A stretch of 44,244 bases of DNA from Betaproteobacteria bacterium (GCA_016202565.1 JACQOK010000349.1:1-44244); one strand, 5' to 3'. Positions 1-9,356 are shown, numbered from the stretch's first letter. Made by a program: numbers and translations. Notes: a model not told the origin generated them from the sequence alone.

Positions 1-108
1 GCGCCGGCGCTCGACGCATTATCATTGCGCTCAAGTTGCTGGTGTGATCGTTGCCAGCCTGGTTCCACCTTGCACACGCACGCCCCTCCCCTGTGCGTTG
101 GTGAGTAG

Positions 109-139
109 GAAGCCCCGGCGCCCGCTGGGGCTTTTTTTT
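109..139 (+). terminator. Rho-independent terminator of an off-window upstream + strand gene
   Basis: A 9-bp GC-rich stem pairs 111-119 (agccccggc) with 124-132 (gctggggct), including one G-U pair. The loop is gccc, and a T8 run follows at 132-139. Confidence 0.7.
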
Positions 140-148
140 GCGGCTTTT

Positions 149-187
149 GTTCCCGCTTTTTTTGGGGGGCCTTCGTTCCCGCTTTTT
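149..187. repeat. 13-nt direct repeat gttcccgcttttt x2 (149-161, 175-187) in the leader of the sensor kinase gene
   Basis: The two copies are exact, read directly from the sequence. A TATAAT hexamer lies at 224-229, about 80 nt upstream of the ATG at 312. Function is unknown. Confidence 0.45.
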
Positions 188-311
188 ATTCCGCTCCGTG
201 CGCGACGTGATCCGGAGCGCGAGTATAATTTCCGGACAACGCGCCCATGGCGGCATCAGCCGACGGATCGAACCTCGTTCGGCCGCGGTGCATAACAAGG
301 GCAAACCATTC

Positions 312-3300
312 ATGCAGCTTTCCGCTGAATCACGGAGCGATCCGGCGAGCCATCCCGGCTGGCGGGCGCGCGTGCAGAAAGCCTTGCGTTCGACTCGACT
401 GCTTTATCTCGGGGAGGTGGGATTGCTCGCGGGCGTTTATTTCATCGCCGCCAAGCTCTCGCTCCTGCTCGCCATTCCGCCCGGATACGCCACTCCGGTG
501 TGGCCGCCCTCGGGCATCGCCCTTGCTGCGATCCTGCTGTTCGGAAAGCGCGTGTGGCCCGGGATCTGGCTCGGCGCGGCGTTCGTCAACTACACCATCA
601 ATTCATCCGCGCTCGCGGCCGTCATCATCGGCAGCGGCAACACGCTCGAAGCCCTCGCCGGCGCGGCGATGATCCGGTATTTCATCGGCGTCCCCTGGCG
701 CTTCGGGCGCGGCGAGGATGTCGCGACCTTCGTCGCCGCGGCCGTGTTGAGCGCCACCATCGCGGCGATCGTCGGCCTCGTGCCGCTCGCCTATACCCAC
801 GCGCTGTCGGTGCCGGAGCTGTTCTGGAACTGGCTCACCTGGTGGCTGGGCGACGCCGTGGGCATCCTCATCGTCACGCCGCTGATTCTGAGCTGGTGCG
901 TTCGCGGCACCGTGTCATGGACCCCGCCGCGGCAGCTCGAAGCGGCCTGCCTGAGCGTGCTGTTCCTGTTCACCGCAGGCGCAATTTTTTTGCGGACGGA
1001 CGGCGTTCATTTTGACCCGCTCGCACTGAAATTCCTGGTCCTGCCTTTCATCATCTGGGTTGCATTCCGCTTCGGCCAGCGCGAGGTGACCGCCGCCACG
1101 CTCGCCGTGTGCGTCCTCTCGGTCTGGGACACGTTCAGCGGGGGCCGCGCGCCAGGTGCGACAGCGATGAATCAGACGCTGCTGATCCTGCTGGCTTTCA
1201 ACAGCACCGTGGCGATCCTGGGCCTCACGCTCACCACCGTGGTGGGCGAAAGACGGCGCGTCACGGAGGCTCTGCAGAAAGGCCGCGACGAACTCGAATC
1301 GCGCGTGCGCGAGCGCACGCTGGAACTGGAGCGGGCCAACCGCGCGCTGCAACTGGATATCGCTTCGCGCACGCGCACGGAGAAACTGCTGCTGGAAAGC
1401 GAAGAGCGTTTCCGCCAGATGGTGACGAGCGTGGTCGATTACGCGATCTTCATGCTGGACACCGAGGGTCGCGTCGTGAGCTGGAACGCCGGCGCGGAGC
1501 GCATCAAGGGCTACCGGGCCCAGGAGATCATCGGCCAGCACTTCTCCCGTTTCTATACCCGCGCGGACGTCGACGACGGCAAGCCCTGGCGCGAGCTGGA
1601 AGTGGCGTCGGTCGAGGGGCGGCTCGACGACGAAGGCTGGCGGTTGCGGAAGGACGGATCGACGTACTGGGCTGGCGTGGTAATCACCGCGGTGCGGGAT
1701 GCGGCCGGCAAGCTGATCGGTTTTTCCGAAGTGACGCGCGACCTGACCGCGCACCGTCGCTTCGAAGAGGCCCTGCGCCACAAGAACGTGGAACTCGAGC
1801 AGCTGTTCGAGTCGGCGCCTGACGCGACCATGCTGGTGGACCCGGCCGGGCTCATCCGCCGCGTCAACGCCCAGGCGCAAACGATGTTCGGCTATGGCAG
1901 GGACGAACTGACCGGCAGTCCGATCGAGGTCCTGCTGCCGCAACGCTTCCATGAACGCCATGTGCGCCACCGCGATCAGTACCTTGGGAATCCGCACCGG
2001 CGGCCGATGGGAGCGGGCCTCGAACTGTTCGGGCGCCGCCGGGACGGAAGCGAATTCCCGGTCGACGTCATGCTGAGCCCGGTCGACACCGATCAGGGTC
2101 GTCTCGTCCTCGGGGTCGTGCGCGATCTGACCGACCGCGTGCGGACGGAGGAAGCCTTGCGGCGAGGGGAGGCGCGCTTCGGGGCGCTCGTGAACAGCGT
2201 GGTCGACTACGCCATCATCATGCTGGACGCTGACGGGTGCATCACCAGCTGGAATACCGGCGCGGAGCGGATCATCGGCTACACGGCCGGGGAGATCATC
2301 GGCCAGCATTTCTCCCGTTTCTATTATCGCGAAGACGTCGAACGCGGGAAGCCACAACATGAACTGGAGCTCGCGGCATCTACCGGGCGCTGCGAGGACG
2401 AGGGCTGGCGCATCCGCAAGGACGGCTCGCGCTACTGGGCAAACGTGGTGGTGACCGCGGTCCGGGACCGCACCGGCGAGCTGATCGGCTTTTCCAAGGT
2501 GACGCGGGACCTGAGCGAGCGCAAGCGGCTCGAGGTGGAACTGACGGATGCCAAGATCGCGGCCGAACAGTCGAGCCGGATGAAGACGGAATTCCTCGCG
2601 AAGATGTCCCACGAACTGCGCACCCCGCTCAACAGCCTGCTGATCCTGGCGCGGCTTCTGGCCGACAACGCGAGCAACAACCTGACCGCGAAACAGATCC
2701 AGTACGCGCAGACCATCCATGCCGCCGGCACCGACCTGCTCGATCTCATCAACGACCTGCTCGATCTCGCCAAGATCGAGTCGGGCACCGTCACCCTCGT
2801 CATCGATGCGGAACGCTTCGCCGACCTGCGCGATTACGTGAAGCACAGCTTCGAGCAGATCGCGCACGACAAGCGGCTGGAGTTCGACATCACGATCGAC
2901 GAGCGCCTGCCGCCTGCCATTCGCACCGACGGCCGGCGGCTCCATCAGATCCTGCGAAACCTCCTTGCCAATGCGTTCAAGTTCACGCACCGCGGCCGCG
3001 TGTCACTGCTCATCGCGCCGGCGAAATCGGGATGGACGCCGGGGCACACCCGGCTCGATGCCGCCGATGCGGTGATAGCGTTTTCCGTGACGGACACCGG
3101 TATCGGCATCCCGCACGACAAGAAGGAAACCGTGTTCGAGGCGTTCCAGCAGCTCGACGAGGGCACCAGCCGCCAGTATGGCGGTGCCGGGTTGGGGCTC
3201 GCGATCTGCCGCGAGTTGACGCGCCTGCTCGGCGGCGAACTGCGGATACGGAGCGAGCCGGGCCAGGGCAGCACTTTCGTACTGTTCCTGCCGCTCCCGG

Positions 3301-3449
3301 ACCGAGCGGAGTCGCACCCGGAACGAAGCAGCGGATCCACTCGCGACATGCGTGGGGGTGCAGCGATGGCTGCGGCGGCGAGCGGCAATCCGGCAACGCA
3401 CGCAGACCCGATGGGCAGACACGGCAAGGGCAGTGACCGTGAACGGTGA
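312..3449 (+). CDS. Sensor histidine kinase: MASE1 membrane domain, coiled coil, three PAS domains, HisKA, HATPase_c, and an Ala/Gly-rich tail
   Basis: Track ORF 138..3449 is trimmed to ATG 312 (MQLSAESRS...). A MASE1-like hydrophobic N-terminus is present (LAGVYFIAAKLSLLLAIPPGYATPVWPPSGIALAA). PAS repeats carry VVDYAI(F/I)MLD...SWN.GAERI.GY...EIIGQHFSRFY. Kinase motifs are the H-box MSHELRTPLNS, N-box LRNLLANAFKFT, G-box DTGIGI and GGAGLGLAI. Confidence 0.9.
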   Translation: MQLSAESRSDPASHPGWRARVQKALRSTRLLYLGEVGLLAGVYFIAAKLSLLLAIPPGYATPVWPPSGIALAAILLFGKRVWPGIWLGAAFVNYTINSSALAAVIIGSGNTLEALAGAAMIRYFIGVPWRFGRGEDVATFVAAAVLSATIAAIVGLVPLAYTHALSVPELFWNWLTWWLGDAVGILIVTPLILSWCVRGTVSWTPPRQLEAACLSVLFLFTAGAIFLRTDGVHFDPLALKFLVLPFIIWVAFRFGQREVTAATLAVCVLSVWDTFSGGRAPGATAMNQTLLILLAFNSTVAILGLTLTTVVGERRRVTEALQKGRDELESRVRERTLELERANRALQLDIASRTRTEKLLLESEERFRQMVTSVVDYAIFMLDTEGRVVSWNAGAERIKGYRAQEIIGQHFSRFYTRADVDDGKPWRELEVASVEGRLDDEGWRLRKDGSTYWAGVVITAVRDAAGKLIGFSEVTRDLTAHRRFEEALRHKNVELEQLFESAPDATMLVDPAGLIRRVNAQAQTMFGYGRDELTGSPIEVLLPQRFHERHVRHRDQYLGNPHRRPMGAGLELFGRRRDGSEFPVDVMLSPVDTDQGRLVLGVVRDLTDRVRTEEALRRGEARFGALVNSVVDYAIIMLDADGCITSWNTGAERIIGYTAGEIIGQHFSRFYYREDVERGKPQHELELAASTGRCEDEGWRIRKDGSRYWANVVVTAVRDRTGELIGFSKVTRDLSERKRLEVELTDAKIAAEQSSRMKTEFLAKMSHELRTPLNSLLILARLLADNASNNLTAKQIQYAQTIHAAGTDLLDLINDLLDLAKIESGTVTLVIDAERFADLRDYVKHSFEQIAHDKRLEFDITIDERLPPAIRTDGRRLHQILRNLLANAFKFTHRGRVSLLIAPAKSGWTPGHTRLDAADAVIAFSVTDTGIGIPHDKKETVFEAFQQLDEGTSRQYGGAGLGLAICRELTRLLGGELRIRSEPGQGSTFVLFLPLPDRAESHPERSSGSTRDMRGGAAMAAAASGNPATHADPMGRHGKGSDRER

Positions 3450-4920
3450 CGCGATCCGCGTCCTGTTCGTCACCCCGGAGTGCGCGCCGCTCGCCAAGAC
3501 CGGCGGGCTGGGCGACGTGAGCGCCGCGCTGCCTGCGGCGCTGCGCCAGCTTGGCATCGACGTCCGGGTGCTGCTGCCCGGCTACCCGGGAGTTTTTGCG
3601 GCCGTGAATCATGCGCGGGAGCTGGCGCGCCTGACGTTGTTCGAGCCGCCATTAGCCTCCCGCCTGCTCGAGACCCGGCTCGCAACCGGGGTGCCGCTGA
3701 TGATCCTCGATAACCCACCGCTCTACCGGCGAGACGGCGGTCCGTACCAGAACGCGTCCGGGGAAGACTGGAGAGACAATGGGTTGCGCTTTGGCCTGTT
3801 GTCGAAGGCCGCGGCCGTTCTAGGCAGCACCTCGAGCCCGCTTCCCTGGCGGCCTCAGGTCATCCATTGCCACGACTGGCCCGCAGCACTGGCTTGCGCC
3901 TATCTGCATTACGCCTCCGGGCCGCGCGCCGCGAACATCGTGACGGTCCACAACCTCGCGTTCCAGGGAAACTTCGATCCCGGGATGGTCGCCTCCCTGG
4001 GACTGCCGCCGGCGAGCTATGCCGCCGACGGCCTGGAATTTCACGGGCGCATGTCGTTCCTGAAGGCAGGCCTGGTCTATGCGGACGCGATCACGACCGT
4101 GAGCCCGACCTACGCGCACGAGATCCAGTCCGAGGCGTGCGGCGCCGGCATGCACCGCTTGCTGCAGCGGCGGCGCAGCGTGCTCTCGGGCATCCTCAAC
4201 GGCATCGATGCCGCGGCCTGGAATCCGGCGACCGATCCCTATCTTCCGCACCATTACCGCTCGGACGCTCTGGAACGCAAGCGCCTCGACAAGCAGGCGC
4301 TTCAGGATCGGCTGCAACTGGCGCACGATCCGGACGACGTTCCACTGCTCGGCGTGGTGAGCCGTCTCACCCACCAGAAGGGCGCCGATCTGCTGGTTCA
4401 GGCGGCACTGGAACTTGCCGCTCTGCCCGCGCAACTGGTCATTCTCGGCAGCGGCCAGCGCGAGCACGAAGACGCCTTGCGCGCGCTCGCGGCACATGCT
4501 CCGGGCAGGATCGCCGTAACCGTCGGCTTCGATGAGGCCCTGGCGCACCTGATCGAGGCGGGCGCCGACATGTTCCTCATGCCGTCGCGATTCGAACCCT
4601 GCGGGCTCAACCAGATGTACAGCCAGCGCTATGGCACCCCGCCGATCGCGCACGCCACCGGCGGCCTCACCGACACCATCGTCGACTACAGCCCGGGAAC
4701 GCTCGCTGCGGGGAACGCCACCGGCTTCCTGTTCGATCAACCGACGGTCGCGGCGCTGCTTGCCGCGGTTCGGCGCGCGGTCGCCGTGTATCGCGAACGC
4801 GACAACTGGCGGATGCTGCAACAGAACGGGATGGCGCGCGATTTCAGCTGGATTGCGGCGGCCCGGCAGTATGCCGAGCTCTATCTTCGACTTGCGGCAC
4901 GCCGCGGGTCTCCGCCTTGA
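3433..4920 (+). CDS. glgA: Glycogen synthase (ADP-glucose type, GT5)
   Basis: The N-terminus IRVLFVTPECAPLAKTGGLGDV is typical of GlgA. Other motifs are HCHDWPAAL, VSRLTHQKG and PSRFEPCGLNQMY. The start is taken as GTG 3433 (3439 is also possible), overlapping the kinase TGA at 3447-3449. The first ~27 codons of the track ORF (3352-3432, upstream of this GTG) are inside the kinase gene and look non-coding. Confidence 0.9.
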   Translation: MTVNGDAIRVLFVTPECAPLAKTGGLGDVSAALPAALRQLGIDVRVLLPGYPGVFAAVNHARELARLTLFEPPLASRLLETRLATGVPLMILDNPPLYRRDGGPYQNASGEDWRDNGLRFGLLSKAAAVLGSTSSPLPWRPQVIHCHDWPAALACAYLHYASGPRAANIVTVHNLAFQGNFDPGMVASLGLPPASYAADGLEFHGRMSFLKAGLVYADAITTVSPTYAHEIQSEACGAGMHRLLQRRRSVLSGILNGIDAAAWNPATDPYLPHHYRSDALERKRLDKQALQDRLQLAHDPDDVPLLGVVSRLTHQKGADLLVQAALELAALPAQLVILGSGQREHEDALRALAAHAPGRIAVTVGFDEALAHLIEAGADMFLMPSRFEPCGLNQMYSQRYGTPPIAHATGGLTDTIVDYSPGTLAAGNATGFLFDQPTVAALLAAVRRAVAVYRERDNWRMLQQNGMARDFSWIAAARQYAELYLRLAARRGSPP

Positions 4921-5848
4921 TCCGGCCCGACCGCTCGTTCCAGTCGGTGAGTTTGCGGAACAGTTCCGCGTGGCCCTCGCCATGGATCGGCCACCAGCGG
5001 TTCCAGAGGTCGAACCGCGGCCGGGGCCCCAGGACATCGTTGCGGGCCGCGGTGAGGCTGTCGAGCGTGCCGACATCGCGCCAATACCCCGGCTCCTCAT
5101 ACGGCTTGACACCGGGCACCTGGTTGCCCGTGAAGTCATAGGCGAGCACCCGGCAGCAGTCCGGCAGCGCCGGCATGACGTCGCGGCCGAAGTCGGTTGC
5201 CCCGCGCCGCTGTGCGCCCTCCAGCAGGCCCACGAGCACGTCCGGATCGAACAGGTAGTTGCCCATCGACGCATGGGCGCGGGAGGGATCATTCGGCGCC
5301 GGCGCGGCCCGCGTGGGCTTTTCCTGAAATTCCCGTATGCGCCCGTCCGCATCGGTGCGCATGATGCCGAATGACGACGCGAATTCGATGGGCACGGGAA
5401 CGGCCGCCACCGTCACGTCGGCATTACGCTCCACGTGAAAATCGATCATCTGCCGCACGTCCATGCGGTAGACGTGGTCTGCCGCGAATACCGCGACGAG
5501 ATCGGGCTGGTGGCGGCGGATGAGGTCAAGATTCCGGTAAACGGCGTCGGCCGTACCCTTGAATTGGGCGCTGCCATTGTCCGCGTGCGGCAACACGATC
5601 CTGATCGACCGTTCCGGCCCCGCCGACCAGCGCGCCCACGCCTTCCCGATATGCTGAATAAGCGACTCGGGTTTGTACTGCGCCACCACGTAGATCGGCG
5701 CGATATTCGAGTTGACCAGATTGCTGAGCACGAAATCAACGATCCGGTAACCATTGACGAAAGGCAGCGCGGGTTTCGGATAATCGGCCGTCAGCGGGTA
5801 GAGCCGCGTGCCCTCACCGCCAGCCAGGACGATCGCAAGAATATTCAT
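4844..5848 (-). CDS. glgC: Glucose-1-phosphate adenylyltransferase-like protein: catalytic domain only, with the C-terminal beta-helix domain absent
   Basis: Motifs are MNILAIVLAGGEGTRLYPLT, KPALPF, FKGTADAV, ADHVYRMD and GYWRDVGTLDS. Family resemblance stops near aa ~290 (DLWNRWWPI). The last ~40 aa are unrelated and overlap the 3' end of glgA (4844-4920). Confidence 0.75.
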   Translation of the reverse strand: MNILAIVLAGGEGTRLYPLTADYPKPALPFVNGYRIVDFVLSNLVNSNIAPIYVVAQYKPESLIQHIGKAWARWSAGPERSIRIVLPHADNGSAQFKGTADAVYRNLDLIRRHQPDLVAVFAADHVYRMDVRQMIDFHVERNADVTVAAVPVPIEFASSFGIMRTDADGRIREFQEKPTRAAPAPNDPSRAHASMGNYLFDPDVLVGLLEGAQRRGATDFGRDVMPALPDCCRVLAYDFTGNQVPGVKPYEEPGYWRDVGTLDSLTAARNDVLGPRPRFDLWNRWWPIHGEGHAELFRKLTDWNERSGRIKAETRGVPQVEDRARHTAGPPQSS

Positions 5849-6185
5849 CGGGATCCCTGTATCAAGATCGGTTGCTATAGTGGACGAGCGGCGTCTGCGA
5901 TTGCTTCTTCTCGTAGGCCTCCAAGCGGGGGAAGCAGAGACACCGAGGTCACTATAGTTCGCCGAACCGCGGCTCGCTGTCAGTCAAAGCTTGATCTTTT
6001 TGTGGCGATGTAGCGGCGCGCTGTAGTGCAGCGACTACAATCCGCCCGCCTGCTGAAAAATGAGAGAACGGCCAGGAAATCGGGGAGTATCGGCACGCGG
6101 CTGCGTGCGACGTTTCGCCTGTCGCACTCCAATTTCACGCCGTCATTTTCGCGGCGGTTGCGGACGCAGCGCCGCTACCTGAAAG

Positions 6186-6815
6186 TTAATCGACGAGACG
6201 GTGCTTGATGGCGTAATGCACCAGTTCGGCGTTGGTGCGCAGGCGCAGCTTGCGGAAGATGCGCGCCCGATAAGTGCTGATGGTGCTCGGGCTCACGAAC
6301 AGCTCGGTGGCAATCTGATGGATCTGCTTGCCCGAAGCGAGCAGCCACATCACGCGATACTCCCGGTCCGAGAGCGTCTCATGCAGCGGCTGTTGCGTGT
6401 CGCGCGCCAGCTCGAAGGCGAGCTTCTCGGCCAGCGAGCGGCTCACGTAACGCCCGCCATTCGTCACCTTGCGCAGCGCCGCGGTCAATTCCTCGCCCAC
6501 GCACTCCTTGCTCAGATACCCCGCCCCGCCCGCCTTCAACACCCGCGTGGCGTGCAGCTCCTCCGGATACATGCTTAGAATCAACACCGGACGCTGCGGA
6601 AACTCGCGCTTCAACTCCTTGAGCAGGTCCAGCCCGCTGCGCCCCGGCATCGAGTAATCGACAATCGCCACCTCCCACTCGAGCTTGCGCGCCAGATCCA
6701 GCGTTTCCGCGCCGTTCGTGGCCTCCCCGACCACCTCCACTCCGGCTTCGGCCGCCAGAATTTGCTTCAACCCGTGGCGCACCACCGGGTGATCATCGGC
6801 AATCAGCACCTTCAC
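6186..6815 (-). CDS. NarL/FixJ-family response regulator (REC + LuxR-type HTH)
   Basis: The REC domain shows MKVLIADDHPVVRHGL and the acceptor region VAIVDYSMPGRSG. The HTH reads LSDREYRVMWLLASGKQIHQIATELFVSPSTISTYRARIFRKL. Confidence 0.9.
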   Translation of the reverse strand: MKVLIADDHPVVRHGLKQILAAEAGVEVVGEATNGAETLDLARKLEWEVAIVDYSMPGRSGLDLLKELKREFPQRPVLILSMYPEELHATRVLKAGGAGYLSKECVGEELTAALRKVTNGGRYVSRSLAEKLAFELARDTQQPLHETLSDREYRVMWLLASGKQIHQIATELFVSPSTISTYRARIFRKLRLRTNAELVHYAIKHRLVD

Positions 6816-6873
6816 GATTGACTTCCCCCTTTTGAGTTTCGGGCAAGAGCAGAGGTGCGGGCCCCAGCCAGCG

Positions 6874-8130
6874 TTAGGCCTCTTCCTCTCGCTCAGTATG
6901 TAGGCGCCGGCGCGGCGCGCGCAACGGTATCCGGATCGTGACCGTGGTGCCCTTGCCCCGCTGGCCCTCGATCTCGATCTCCCCGTCGAACGGCAGCACC
7001 CGCTCGCGCATGCCCAGAAAACCCAGCGATTTCGGACTGTTGATCTTCGCCTCGGTAATTCCCCTGCCGTTGTCCTGCACCTTCAACCACAGCATGTCCG
7101 CCTCCACCCCCATGCGCACCTCCACCCGGGTGGCGTGGGCGTGGCGCGCCACGTTGGTCAGCACCTCCTGAAAAATCCGGAACGCCGCCGTAGAGCGCGC
7201 CTGATCCAGTTCGAGCCCGTCCGCCAGCAGGTCCACCTTGCAGCGGATGCCCGAGCGCACCTGGAAATCACGCGCCTGCCAGCTGATGGCCGCCGCCAGG
7301 CCGATCTCGTCGAGCACCTCCGGCCGCAATCCCGAGGCAATCCGCCGCACCGACCTGATCGTGCCATCGATCAGGCGAAACATCGCCGTCGTCTTTTCGA
7401 TCAATCCCTTCTGCTCGGCCCGCAACCCTCCTGCCAGCCACGTCAGATCCATCTTGAGTCCGGTGAGCGCCTGACCCAGCTCATCGTGAATCTCGCGCGC
7501 GATGCGGATCTGCTCCTCCTCACGCACCGACTGCAGGTGCGCGGCCAGCGCCCGCAGGTTCTCCTCCGATTCGCGCAGCCGCTCTTCGGTCACCCGCCGC
7601 TCCGCGACCTCGCGCGTAAGCGCCGCGTTCTTGTTGTAGAGATCCACGAACACCGCAATCTTCGACTTGAGCACCTCCGGAATCAGCGGCTTCACAATGT
7701 AATCCACCGCCCCCACTTCGTAACCGCGGAAAATCGAACCCACGTCCTCGTAGGCGGCCGTCAAGAAGATGATCGGCGTGTGCCGCGGCCCCGGCCGCTC
7801 GCGGATCCGCCGCGCCGTCGCGAACCCGTCCATCCCCGGCATGCGCGCATCGAGCAAAATCACTGCAAATTCCTCGCGCTCCACCCGGCGCAACGCCTCC
7901 TCCCCGGAGCTTGCCAGCACCAGCGTCTGCCCCGGCGCCTGCAACAACTCCTGCAATGCCAGAAGATTCCGCTGGTCGTCATCGACCGCCAGAATCTTCG
8001 CCGTCACCCCGGCCGCTATCGCTCCCTCCACCGCACCCTCCACCTCGCGGCGCTCACTCGCCGCTCGTCCGCGTCCCGCCACCCTATTATCAGCGCAAGC
8101 GCCGGACAACGCCAACCCGGGCGCGTTCAA
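6874..8130 (-). CDS. Soluble hybrid kinase: N-terminal REC domain fused to HisKA_3 + HATPase_c (NarX/DegS-type core)
   Basis: REC motifs are KILAVDDDQRNL, ILLDARMPGMDGF and VKP. Kinase motifs are the H-box IAREIHDELGQALTGL, N-box FQEVLTNVARHA, G-box VQDNGRGI and GFLGMRERV. No TM segment or sensor domain was seen. The start is uncertain because the first ~45 aa are low-complexity. Confidence 0.85.
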   Translation of the reverse strand: MNAPGLALSGACADNRVAGRGRAASERREVEGAVEGAIAAGVTAKILAVDDDQRNLLALQELLQAPGQTLVLASSGEEALRRVEREEFAVILLDARMPGMDGFATARRIRERPGPRHTPIIFLTAAYEDVGSIFRGYEVGAVDYIVKPLIPEVLKSKIAVFVDLYNKNAALTREVAERRVTEERLRESEENLRALAAHLQSVREEEQIRIAREIHDELGQALTGLKMDLTWLAGGLRAEQKGLIEKTTAMFRLIDGTIRSVRRIASGLRPEVLDEIGLAAAISWQARDFQVRSGIRCKVDLLADGLELDQARSTAAFRIFQEVLTNVARHAHATRVEVRMGVEADMLWLKVQDNGRGITEAKINSPKSLGFLGMRERVLPFDGEIEIEGQRGKGTTVTIRIPLRAPRRRLHTEREEEA

Positions 8131-8505
8131 CCGCCCGCACGGCTGGTCCCGCAGGAATAGTCTTACCGGACTACCCTGTCCCGCTTGCGCATTGACCCAT
8201 AATGTCGGATATTAACTACCGTGGCGTAGAACACCAACGACACCTGAACAGTTGCCGATGATCAGCCCGCTGTTATCAGTCGTCCCTCGGCCAAACAAAG
8301 TGTAATCATCGGCCTGTTCCTCCCTTTTTAAGCCTGGTGCAAATGGGTGAGAATTCATTTGCGCCAAAAATCTCCCCTCCGGAAAAAACGACCCCCTTTC
8401 GTTACTCCACCGAGGCGGCGGCCTGAAGCGCATGTTCCGCCTGCGGATGGAAAACGCGTGAACGCCATCACGCCTCGAAGCGCGCGCCCACCCGATCGAT
8501 GGGTC

Positions 8506-9356
8506 TCATGAGCCGAATAGCCCAATAGACGACGCATTTCCATGATTATGATTTGCTAAATTGAATTGGGCAGATTGCGCCACGTACGGGATGGCATAGC
8601 GCCGGCGTAACCCGGCATCGGGATGGACGGCACTGGCGCTCGATAGCACCGCCAGCACGAATCGCGCTCCCTTGGCCCGCGTCTCATCGTGCATCGCGAC
8701 CAGCAGCTTCTCGGTAAGGGTCCATGCCTCGCGCCAGGCCGGATCCGCGGGCTCGCGGAGCACGTTCTCGTCCAGCCCCGGTTCCAACAATGGCGGCGGC
8801 ACGTCGGCGCCCTCGGCGAGCGCAACGGCGATCGGGGCGTTGTGGTGAACGCGTAATTCGCCGGCCTTAAGCTTGCGTGCGAGCTAGTAGAGGCGCAGAC
8901 CCCGCAGCGCCTCCCGTTGCTCGTCCAGGCGCTTGGATTCCCGGAAGCGCGGGTCGGCGCGAACGAATCGTCGAGCGCGAGCTGCCCGTCCTTGATCACG
9001 AAAAACGGGCGCAGCCGGTCCGGCTCGAGCGCCCTGGAGTTGTTGCGCACGTCATTGCCGGGAAAGAAGGCGACGAGCACCAGGTCCGGCGCGTATTCCC
9101 AGACGCGGCGGCGCAGCGTCAGCAGCTGCTGCGCGGTGCCGTATCCCGAAACGCCCAAGTTGATCGCCTCGATGCGCTTGCCGCTTTCAAGCCCGCAGCG
9201 CGCCAGCCGTTCCGGAAGCAACGACCAGAACGTGTCCTTGAGGTCGACCTGGAGGGCCTCCGCAAAGGAATCTCCCAGCACAGCGATGCGATATTCGCGC
9301 TCCGGCTTGTTCACGGCGTGCTCGCGGTCGCGCCATCCGCGGCTGTTGATCTTCAC
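8506..9356 (-). pseudogene. SGNH/GDSL hydrolase pseudogene (frameshift, in-frame amber codon, and 3' truncation)
   Basis: The N-terminal frame (from 9356) carries block I VLGDSFAE, block II NLGVSGYGT and block III FFPGNDV. Sensible sequence leaves this frame near 8950-8975. It continues in the frame of ORF 8506..8802 (..RFRESKRLDEQREALRGLRLY*LARKLKAGEL..EPGLDENVLREPADPAWREAW..). That frame contains a TAG at 8884-8886 (complement). No block V (DxxH) was seen before the stop. Confidence 0.65.

Noticed and set aside
6104-6126. An inverted repeat gtgcgac-N9-gtcgcac lies downstream of the response regulator gene and could be a terminator.
   Set aside because: No U-run follows on the relevant (minus) strand, so it cannot be distinguished from a chance GC-rich palindrome.
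8212-8358. A small ORF ending in GNCSGVVGVLRHGS was considered as a possible RiPP precursor.
   Set aside because: No modifying enzyme or transporter lies adjacent. Codon bias is weak in an AT-rich spacer, and the spacing from the putative SD to the ATG is poor (~13 nt).
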